IMG/VR virus record: IMGVR_UViG_3300044712_000688
Span: 64,001-128,000 of that record
Source of the DNA: a virus
Length of the DNA: 64,000 nt
Direction: 5' to 3' (one strand)
Shown: piece by piece, positions 23,988 to 31,527 of the stretch
How the letters are laid out: the number at the start of each line of letters is the position of its first letter
Numbering within the stretch: the stretch's first letter is position 1
The notes under the pieces: generated by a model
What the model was told of the DNA's origin: nothing
The model's input: only the letters and a program-made list of their open reading frames with translations
Databases searched by the model: none
Program-made: the position numbers and the translations under genes

Positions 23988-26009
23988 GTGTACGACCAGA
24001 TTAAAACACAGCTAGACACCCTGGCTGATCTTAGCGATGAACAACTCGCTGAGCTTCAGACCCAGATTGTCGGCGAGTTTGAATCGATCGATGCTGATGA
24101 ACCAACTTCCGAGTCAGTTGATGCGATGACATCCCTAGCGGATTCCCTTGACATCGTACGTGGTGAGCTTTCTCGTCGCGAGGCCCTCGCTGAAGAGTTA
24201 GCTGCTCGTGCGGCTGAGGCTACTGCCCGTATTAAGGGTGGAGCCGAAGAAGGAGAGGAAATGGCTATGGAAGACATGCCAATCGTAGAAGAGGCCCCTG
24301 TAGAAGAGGCCCCTGTTGAGGAAGCCCCAGTAGAAGAAGCAGAGGAAACTCCTGCTGACGAAGTTACTGAGACTCCTGAAGAGGAAAAGAAGGAAGAGGA
24401 AGAGGACAAGGAAGAGCCTATGAAGGCATCTGCCGAGACCGAAACCACTCCTGAAACTTCAGCATCAATTGACCAGGAATCAGGTTCTGAACTATCGACC
24501 GAATCGGTTGAGACTGTTGACGAGACCATTACTGCAGACGGTTCTGCCGAGGAAGTAGTTGCTGATGAAGCTCCTGCTACCGAAGCTGCCGTAGAAGCAA
24601 CCGAAGCTCCGGCTGAAGTTGTTGTAGAAGCAGTAGAGGGTTCGGAAGCATCAGCCGAAGAAACCACTTTAGAAACATCAACCGCTCTCGTAGAAGAGCA
24701 GAAAGAGCAGGCACTAGTGAGCGCCGCAGCAGAACAGCCTTTCGAGGCTCCAGCTGACCGTCAGCCTGTAGTTCAGGTAACCGAGGCTCCAGTGGCAATC
24801 ACCGCTGGCGCAGACATCCCTGGCTACACCGCAGGCAGCACCATCAACGATATGAACGAAGTAGCTCAGGCTATGGAGAAGCGTATCCACTCGCTACGCC
24901 GTGTAAACGGCGGCGACGGAGAGCAGCACATCGTTGCATCTATCACCACTCAGTACCCAGAAGAGCGTACTCTTACTGCTAACGCAGAAGAGAATGCCCT
25001 CAAGATTGGTAACGTTGTAGGTCAGGACGCACTTGTTGCTTCTGGTGGCCACGCAGCTCCATTCGAGGTCAAGTACGACATCTTCGCAATCGGTTCAACC
25101 ACTGTACGCCCAGTTCGCGATGCACTGCCTCGCTTCCAGGCTGACCGTGGCGGTATCCGCTTTGTGACCCCACCTAGCTTCGCATCTGGTGACTACGCTA
25201 GCGCAGTTGGCGTATGGACCGCAGCTGTTGACGCTGACCCACAGAGCGCTACTAAGACCAGCTTGACCGTTACCGCTGCTCAGGAGCAGACTGTTTCGAC
25301 TGACGCTGTTACCTTGCAGCTACAGTTCGGTAACCTCATGACTCGTGCTTACCCAGAGTTGATTGCTCGCCACAACGAGCTAGCTCTTGTACAGCACGCT
25401 CGCGAGGCAGAGCAGAACCTGCTAAGCAAGATTGGTGACGCTTCGACTGCTGTTACTACCACCAACCTAATCGGTTTTGGTCGTGACTTCCTAGTTCAGA
25501 TCCGTCGTGCAGCTGTTGCTTACCGCTCACGTCACCGCATTGACCCACAGACCCGTCTGAAGGCTATCGTTCCTTCATGGATCTACGAGGCAATGGCAGC
25601 TGACCTAACCCTATCAATGCCTGGTGACGGCACCCTTGCTGTCTCACGCGCTGAGATTGATGGTTACCTTGCAACCGTTAACGTTGACCTAGTGGCTTCG
25701 CTAGACCAGAACGTCTTCGGTGCACAGGGTGCTTCGGCTCTTCTAGAGTTCCCAGACAGCTTCGTTTGGTACCTCTTCGCAGAAGGCACCTTCCTGTTCC
25801 TTGATGGCGGTACTCTTGACCTTGGTATCATCCGTGACTCGTCACTGGTTGGCACCAACGACTACAAGATGTTCACCGAAACCTTCGAGAACGTTGCTAA
25901 GGTCGGTATCGAGGCTCTTAAGATCACCTCGACCATCTCAATCAACGGTGTTGCTGCAGCTCTGCGCGACACCACTGGTGGCACCGCTGCAGCCACCATC
26001 GAGCTCTAA
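23988..26009 (+). CDS. Major capsid protein (hexamer type) with long acidic N-terminal scaffold-like region
   Basis: GTG 23988 after AGGAGG; Glu/Ala-rich N-terminus; ALVASGG..VRDALPRFQADRGGIRF and FLFLDGGTLDLGIIRDS..NDY motifs. Confidence 0.9.
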   Translation: MYDQIKTQLDTLADLSDEQLAELQTQIVGEFESIDADEPTSESVDAMTSLADSLDIVRGELSRREALAEELAARAAEATARIKGGAEEGEEMAMEDMPIVEEAPVEEAPVEEAPVEEAEETPADEVTETPEEEKKEEEEDKEEPMKASAETETTPETSASIDQESGSELSTESVETVDETITADGSAEEVVADEAPATEAAVEATEAPAEVVVEAVEGSEASAEETTLETSTALVEEQKEQALVSAAAEQPFEAPADRQPVVQVTEAPVAITAGADIPGYTAGSTINDMNEVAQAMEKRIHSLRRVNGGDGEQHIVASITTQYPEERTLTANAEENALKIGNVVGQDALVASGGHAAPFEVKYDIFAIGSTTVRPVRDALPRFQADRGGIRFVTPPSFASGDYASAVGVWTAAVDADPQSATKTSLTVTAAQEQTVSTDAVTLQLQFGNLMTRAYPELIARHNELALVQHAREAEQNLLSKIGDASTAVTTTNLIGFGRDFLVQIRRAAVAYRSRHRIDPQTRLKAIVPSWIYEAMAADLTLSMPGDGTLAVSRAEIDGYLATVNVDLVASLDQNVFGAQGASALLEFPDSFVWYLFAEGTFLFLDGGTLDLGIIRDSSLVGTNDYKMFTETFENVAKVGIEALKITSTISINGVAAALRDTTGGTAAATIEL

Positions 26010-26035
26010 TAGTTCGATAAGGCAGTTATCGTTGC

Positions 26036-26059
26036 GGGAGGGTCCTTCGGGGCCCTCCC
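26036..26059 (+). terminator. Stable UUCG hairpin after major capsid (attenuator or mRNA-stabilising)
   Basis: GGGAGGGTCC-TTCG-GGGCCCTCCC; no U-tract follows. Confidence 0.6.
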
Positions 26060-26099
26060 AATACGAGTAAAAATATAGACTTTATTTAGAGGATTTTAA

Positions 26100-27185
26100 A
26101 TGGCCTTCCCAAAGAATGGTGTTATAGCGGCCCCTAAAATTGTGCCGTCAGCGTTCGGCCTACTCGCTGTAGTTGATGTAGAAAACTCAGCTGATGAAGA
26201 CCACTGGATCCGCGGTTTCTCGCAGGAGTGGGAGACGGACCTCTACGCTCTTTACAATGTAGATGAGACCAACAGCCACGAAACTCAGATTGCTGGCGCT
26301 GGCAACGTAAACTACTACGACGAGATCAAGCCTTTCTTCATTGAAGTACAGGAAGATCGTTCAACTCTAGGATTTCTTGGCATTGACCGAATTGCCCGCA
26401 TCTCTCGCCAACTTGAGGCAACTAGCCAGCGTGCAATTGAAGAAGAACTCTGGGACGGTGCAATCCGAATAACCTCTGGCCACGCAAACCGCGCTCTAGT
26501 TTCTTCGGCCTTGACAGTTGTTGATGGCGAGGGCTTATCAGCTAAGCGCTCACTTGCTGCTCTGGAGCATGGAATTGCTCAGGCTTCGCACGCTGGCGAG
26601 CAGGGAATCATCCACGCTACTCGCGATGTTGTTGCTGCTCTTTCAAGCAACAGCCAGATGCTTTTCCACAACAAGATCAAAGACCACCTGCAGACTATGG
26701 GTGGAACTCCGGTTGTTACTGGTTCTGGTTACTCGGGTAATGGTCCTAAGTGGGATGTCCTTACTGCTTCTGTAAATGGCAACAAGTTGATTCTTGTTAC
26801 CAACGGTCGCCACTACTTCCAGAACGGTGACCGTATCTCGCTATCAATTACTAGCGATACTTTAGGCACCGTAACTCTTACTAATGTTGAAGTTACTACC
26901 AACACTGGAACTGAATTTAAAGTTGACTACACTCACGCTAACGTGACTGCAGAAGACGCCACTGGTTATGCTCAGCAACTGGGCACTACCACTGACAAAT
27001 GGATTTACGCCACCGGCACTGTCAAGGTCTACCTAGGCAATGTTGATGTCGTGAACGACAATCTAAGCCAAGCTTACGACGTGTCGGGTAATGCGAATGA
27101 CATGCGTCTCAAAGCAATCCGCCCAGCTGCGGCTTACTTTGATACATCAATCCACCTTGCTGTTCGAGTAGATCTAACAGCCTAA
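26100..27185 (+). CDS. Second capsid protein (pentamer-type, by analogy to cluster-B-like actinophages) with inserted beta domain
   Basis: Follows MCP; FGLL..W, GTPVVTGSGY and WIYATGTVKVYLG pattern. Confidence 0.55.
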   Translation: MAFPKNGVIAAPKIVPSAFGLLAVVDVENSADEDHWIRGFSQEWETDLYALYNVDETNSHETQIAGAGNVNYYDEIKPFFIEVQEDRSTLGFLGIDRIARISRQLEATSQRAIEEELWDGAIRITSGHANRALVSSALTVVDGEGLSAKRSLAALEHGIAQASHAGEQGIIHATRDVVAALSSNSQMLFHNKIKDHLQTMGGTPVVTGSGYSGNGPKWDVLTASVNGNKLILVTNGRHYFQNGDRISLSITSDTLGTVTLTNVEVTTNTGTEFKVDYTHANVTAEDATGYAQQLGTTTDKWIYATGTVKVYLGNVDVVNDNLSQAYDVSGNANDMRLKAIRPAAAYFDTSIHLAVRVDLTA

Positions 27186-27204
27186 ACCTAAGGAGAATAG
27201 CTAA

Positions 27205-28353
27205 ATGGCTACTCAAGAATATGCAGCTAGCATCCAGGGTGTGTCTATTCGCGTCACCCGTCTGGATTCTGCTGGAAACTTGATGACTGGTCCAGGAGAC
27301 AGCTATACCACCTCTGCATTCATGCGTATTTCGTTCACCCCAGAATATGAAGAGGGCGACGAAATTACTGAGAAGGGTGCAAACGGTGTTGTATGTGTAA
27401 CCTACAAGGCACCAGACACACTAAAGCGTATCACCATGGAGCTCGCTATCTGTGAGCCAGACCCAGAGCTTTCGGCTCTATTGTCTGGTGGTCTACTGCT
27501 TCGTAAGAACATCGGAACTGCAAATGACCCTAACCTGAAGTCAGTCGGTTGGGCTGCTCCTGGTGTTGGCGATGACCCTGCTGGTAACGGTGTTGCCATC
27601 GAGGCTTGGTCACACGCTGTGAAGGATGGAAAGCGTGCAGGCGTTCTTCCTTACTTCCACTGGGTCTTCCCATACGTGAAGATGCGTCAGTCAGGTGACC
27701 GCGTTATTGAAAACGGTCTACTTGCAAACACCTTCGAAGGCTTCGGTCTTGGTAACCCATCATTCCAGTCTGGTATTGACGGCCGCTGGGAGTTCCCGGT
27801 TGCTGCAGAGCGTCCATACGCTTACGCACGCGCAAGCTGGGCTCCAACTGGTCTGAACGGTTTCTACACTTGGACCGATGGATCTGGACCAGTAGTCTTC
27901 ACTTCGCCTAGCGCCAAGTCGCCTACTACCATCACCCTCAACAGTGCTGCAGGAACTTACGCTGACTCAACTGGTACCGCAACTCTTACCTTCAGCGCTG
28001 CTCACGGTATTTCAAGTGGCGATGTCATTTATGTTCAGAATGTTGGCGCAGCCTTCAATGGTACTTACACTGTAACTACTAGCACTGGAGCCACTGGTTC
28101 TGGCGGTACATACACTGTTAGCTATGTAAGCACTGGCATAACTGAAGCTATCAACAGCTTCACCGTTGGATCTGGTGCCCGCGTAACTGTCACTGACTCT
28201 TTGACAGAGACTAACCCAGCCCCTATCGCTGTGACCAGCGCACAGCTTGGTGCTTCTGTTGGTGACGCAAGCTACAACGTACCTGGTAACATCAACTACA
28301 ACGCCGACAATAACATCGACAACATCATCGTTTCGAACGAATCAGCTGAGTAG
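27205..28353 (+). CDS. Major tail protein with C-terminal beta extension
   Basis: RVTRLD..PEYEEGDEITEKGANG..C, ELAICEPDPEL and YFHWVFP motifs; AAGGAG RBS. Confidence 0.85.
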   Translation: MATQEYAASIQGVSIRVTRLDSAGNLMTGPGDSYTTSAFMRISFTPEYEEGDEITEKGANGVVCVTYKAPDTLKRITMELAICEPDPELSALLSGGLLLRKNIGTANDPNLKSVGWAAPGVGDDPAGNGVAIEAWSHAVKDGKRAGVLPYFHWVFPYVKMRQSGDRVIENGLLANTFEGFGLGNPSFQSGIDGRWEFPVAAERPYAYARASWAPTGLNGFYTWTDGSGPVVFTSPSAKSPTTITLNSAAGTYADSTGTATLTFSAAHGISSGDVIYVQNVGAAFNGTYTVTTSTGATGSGGTYTVSYVSTGITEAINSFTVGSGARVTVTDSLTETNPAPIAVTSAQLGASVGDASYNVPGNINYNADNNIDNIIVSNESAE

Positions 28354-28365
28354 TAACTTAAAGTA

Positions 28366-28408
28366 AACGGGTGGCGCACTGGTCTAATGAACTGGTACGC
28401 CACCCGTT
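28366..28408 (+). terminator. Inverted-repeat terminator or attenuator after major tail gene
   Basis: 11-bp stem AACGGGTGGCG / CGCCACCCGTT. Confidence 0.6.
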
Positions 28409-28429
28409 AAACTTATAAGAGAGGTTTAT

Positions 28430-29533
28430 ATGACAAATAACTTTTGGATCCAGCCCGAAGAGCTTGGTGACTACTCTTATACGGAGTTCACAGAGGAAGC
28501 TGTTCACACTGCGTCATACCTTCTCTGGGCCATGTCTGGCCGTAAGTACACTGGTGAAACCACTGTAACTGAGCGTTATACCTGTACCCTGCGTAACAAC
28601 CGTATTGGCCCCTCGACCAAAACCAACTCTCCAGTATTGTTTGGTGGAGACGTTTACAATATTCCTTCTGGCGACTACGACGAGTACTCGGAGCTAACCT
28701 CTGACGGTATGTCACCTGACTCACGCATCCGCTTGCGCGGGCGTCCAGTAACTAAAATTCATGCCATTCGTAACCGACTTGGTAGCATAATTGATCCGTC
28801 GAATTATTACCTTGTAGACCACTCTACAATTCACGTAAAAGCTGGAACTCCTTGGACCCCGTGCAATACTGAGGTCACATACTCATACGGCACCCCTGTT
28901 CCTGCTGTTGGAAAAATGGCAGCTAGAACCCTTGCTATCGAATTCATTAAACTCTGGTCTGATGACGATACATGTCAGCTCCCTCAGCGTGTGACCTCTG
29001 TATCTCGTCAAGGCGTTTCTTACACGATTCTTGATAATCAAGAGTTCATCGAAGAGCTTCGTACTGGCCTTTACGTTATTGATCTTTTCCTAAAGACCGT
29101 AAACCCAGACAATGCTCGACGCAAGTCAAAGGTATTCTCTCCAGACCAACCTCGAGCTAGACGTTACTCTCCGAAAGCCCTTGTACTTACTGCTGATGCC
29201 GACTTTGATTTGGCTCTAGTCAAGGGTGCTTCTGCAAGCTGGACATCTGCCGGACTTGACGTTGATTTAAGTAACTTCCAAGAAGACTGGGACCCGCTAG
29301 TTCAGATCAACAGCTATAGTGGAGTTCGCTCTAGCAATCTAGACAGCTCTGATATCACACTGTCTTCTAACAACACTGTTCTAAGTTTCACCGTTCCATA
29401 CTCAAAAGCTAATTCAACGCTGGGAATGGTTGATCCAGGTTATTGGACTCTTTATGCCACCAAAACAATTGATGGTGTAGAGAACCTAGTAGAGCTTGCT
29501 TCTGGAAACCTCCAGATCAAGATGTATAGCTAA
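28430..29533 (+). CDS. Head-to-tail adaptor protein
   Basis: ASYLLWAMSGRKY, LPQRVTSVSRQGVS and RTGLYVIDLFL motifs as in actinophage adaptors. Confidence 0.75.
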   Translation: MTNNFWIQPEELGDYSYTEFTEEAVHTASYLLWAMSGRKYTGETTVTERYTCTLRNNRIGPSTKTNSPVLFGGDVYNIPSGDYDEYSELTSDGMSPDSRIRLRGRPVTKIHAIRNRLGSIIDPSNYYLVDHSTIHVKAGTPWTPCNTEVTYSYGTPVPAVGKMAARTLAIEFIKLWSDDDTCQLPQRVTSVSRQGVSYTILDNQEFIEELRTGLYVIDLFLKTVNPDNARRKSKVFSPDQPRARRYSPKALVLTADADFDLALVKGASASWTSAGLDVDLSNFQEDWDPLVQINSYSGVRSSNLDSSDITLSSNNTVLSFTVPYSKANSTLGMVDPGYWTLYATKTIDGVENLVELASGNLQIKMYS

Positions 29534-29544
29534 GAGAGGTAAAT

Positions 29545-29730
29545 ATGTCAATTCAGACTAATTTCCGTGCTCAGGACATGCTTGGTACTGCTAAGCCTGA
29601 ACCTGTGGTTGCTCCTGCTAAGAAGGTGGCTCCTAAGCCAGCTCCTAAGGTAGAAGCTCCTAAGGTAGAGGAGCCAGTAGTAGAGGTTGTAGCTGAGGCA
29701 GAACCTGTTATTGACGTTGTAGAGGAGTAA
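29545..29730 (+). CDS. Small Pro/Lys- then Glu/Val-rich protein
   Basis: GAGAGG RBS; low complexity; in virion operon. Confidence 0.6.
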   Translation: MSIQTNFRAQDMLGTAKPEPVVAPAKKVAPKPAPKVEAPKVEEPVVEVVAEAEPVIDVVEE

Positions 29731-29732
29731 AA

Positions 29733-30242
29733 ATGACGACGACCGCTATTGACTTTACTGGTGTCGCTGAGGATGCAACAAATCTTCGCGACATGATGGA
29801 AGGTGTACTTGAGCGCGTCCAGTCTATTTTTCAGTCATACAACGTAAATCTTCCTGAACGAAGATATTGGACGATGGGTCAACCAGCTATTGATTGCGAA
29901 CAGCTGGTTGTCTCATTCGTTCAGATGTATTTGGGTGCTCCGGGGGCTCAGGTGGGTGAGCCTCAGCGTTGTCACGTGCCGAGAAGCGCAACCCTAAACA
30001 TAATGATTTCTAGAGCTACACCTATTGTCGGTCAGAATGGTAGGCCACCATCACCACAGAAGATTCAGATAGCTTCTGAAACCTTGGCTTACGATTCATG
30101 GGTTCTAATGGAGTCGGTAAATCTACTGGATCAGTGGGATGAGACTGGCTACGGTATCGGTGTCATTGCTACCTTAGAGGTTGGCGCACCTGAAGGTGGA
30201 TTCCAGACCACAACCATGAGCGTCACAATGGCGGTTCCATAA
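29733..30242 (+). CDS. Tail completion / terminator-like protein
   Basis: PAIDCEQLVV and GAPEGGF motifs; neck-region position. Confidence 0.6.
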   Translation: MTTTAIDFTGVAEDATNLRDMMEGVLERVQSIFQSYNVNLPERRYWTMGQPAIDCEQLVVSFVQMYLGAPGAQVGEPQRCHVPRSATLNIMISRATPIVGQNGRPPSPQKIQIASETLAYDSWVLMESVNLLDQWDETGYGIGVIATLEVGAPEGGFQTTTMSVTMAVP

Positions 30243-30243
30243 A

Positions 30244-30768
30244 ATGCCAGCTTGGGGATTAGTACCAGACAGCCCTTGGATATACGCGGCTCAAAAACTA
30301 GCTCGTAAGGGATCTGTCAGCTATAGGCCTTCTGGTCCTCGAAAAACTGGGCTATCTACATCATTCCGATACAGTAGCTCTAGGGTAATAATTTATAAAT
30401 CAGCCCTGAATTTCGAGACACATGACTCGGCTGGAATGGTCGGTAAGTACTTAAACAAAATTGGCCAGCGCATAGTTAGAGGCGCAAGGCGACAAGTCGG
30501 GGTCCGTACTGGAAATCTGCGTAGAAGTATAGAACTTCAGCATATTGTGTTTAGAGAGGGTGCGGCCATAAAAGTCGGATCGCGACTAAATTATGCATAT
30601 ATGCACCATGAGGGAACTAAGCCTCACGTTATTACACCTAATCCACCTAACACAGTTTTAGTGTTTGGTAAGGGAACTAGGGTTATACACGCAAGGGCAG
30701 TTAACCACCCAGGTGCCAAACCAAATAGATATCTCTCTGATCAACTCAGAATCCATATAAGAGGGTAA
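30244..30768 (+). CDS. Neck protein (HK97 gp10-like)
   Basis: VRTGNLRRSI, YAYMHHEGTKPHVI and VNHPGAKPNRYL. Confidence 0.75.
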   Translation: MPAWGLVPDSPWIYAAQKLARKGSVSYRPSGPRKTGLSTSFRYSSSRVIIYKSALNFETHDSAGMVGKYLNKIGQRIVRGARRQVGVRTGNLRRSIELQHIVFREGAAIKVGSRLNYAYMHHEGTKPHVITPNPPNTVLVFGKGTRVIHARAVNHPGAKPNRYLSDQLRIHIRG

Positions 30769-30771
30769 AAT
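30764..30771 (+). promoter_or_regulatory. GGTAAAAT late-promoter-like motif
   Basis: At end of neck gene, upstream of tail chaperone. Confidence 0.5.
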
Positions 30772-30819
30772 AGAAGTACTGCTATTTGGCAGGAACAAGA
30801 AAGAAAGACATAAAATAAT

Positions 30820-31155
30820 ATGACTAAATTCAAGGACTTTGGTAGTGGTCCAGACCTTACCAACGTAGAGCCAATTACCTTCGCAATTCACGGTGAAAAT
30901 TTTGAATGCAAGAAGGCCGTGCCTGGAAAGCTTTTGCTTGATTTGGTGGCTAAGTCAAAGTCAGCTGACCCAGCTGAAGCAGCCGGAACTATTGATCAGT
31001 TCTTCTCAAAGGTGCTTGTAGCGGAAAGCTACGAGCGGTTCAATGCACTTCTCGAAGATGCTGACCGAATTGTCACAGTAGAGCAGCTTGGTGACATCAC
31101 TGGTTGGGTTGTGGAGCAGTTCAGCGAACGCCCGGAAGAGCAGCCAGAGGCTTAG
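30820..31155 (+). CDS. Tail assembly chaperone
   Basis: Two genes before tape measure; acidic C-terminus SERPEEQPEA. Confidence 0.75.
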   Translation: MTKFKDFGSGPDLTNVEPITFAIHGENFECKKAVPGKLLLDLVAKSKSADPAEAAGTIDQFFSKVLVAESYERFNALLEDADRIVTVEQLGDITGWVVEQFSERPEEQPEA

Positions 31156-31511
31156 CAGAATGGGCTATTGACCTCTGGCCCTACGTGAATGGAAAAGCTT
31201 TGATTTCGGGAATCAACCTAAAGGAGATGAATATGTCAGACATGCTAGACGTTATTCATTTCATGTTCGAGGAAGATTCTCGTTATCTATCTCAGGAGGA
31301 AGTCGAATCCGTGAGTGCTACTCGTACTCAGGTATACGAAACCTTATATGGGGTAACTTACAACTATAAAGTGAAGGCTCGTAGTAAGACAAACTCTACT
31401 TCTACGGGTGTTCCTGATCTAGATGAAGTTAAACCATATGTTCCTCCAACAGAGTTTGATCCTGAATCATCTAACCCATTCGGCAGTCTTTTAGAAGCTC
31501 CGCTTCGCTAA
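31104..31511 (+). CDS. Tail assembly chaperone, second (-1 frame) segment
   Basis: -1 frame overlaps the end of the chaperone; also an internal AAGGAG plus ATG 31233. Confidence 0.6.
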   Translation: MGCGAVQRTPGRAARGLAEWAIDLWPYVNGKALISGINLKEMNMSDMLDVIHFMFEEDSRYLSQEEVESVSATRTQVYETLYGVTYNYKVKARSKTNSTSTGVPDLDEVKPYVPPTEFDPESSNPFGSLLEAPLR

Positions 31512-31527
31512 TTAAGTAGGTGAAAAA

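Noticed and set aside
24056-24667. 203-aa minus-strand ORF and other antisense or alternate-frame ORFs in the track (e.g. 598..1100 region, 10296, 22961, 33648, 44659, 60030, 53282)
   Set aside because: These are low-complexity shadows of strongly supported genes on the other strand or frame, with no RBS or recognisable motifs.
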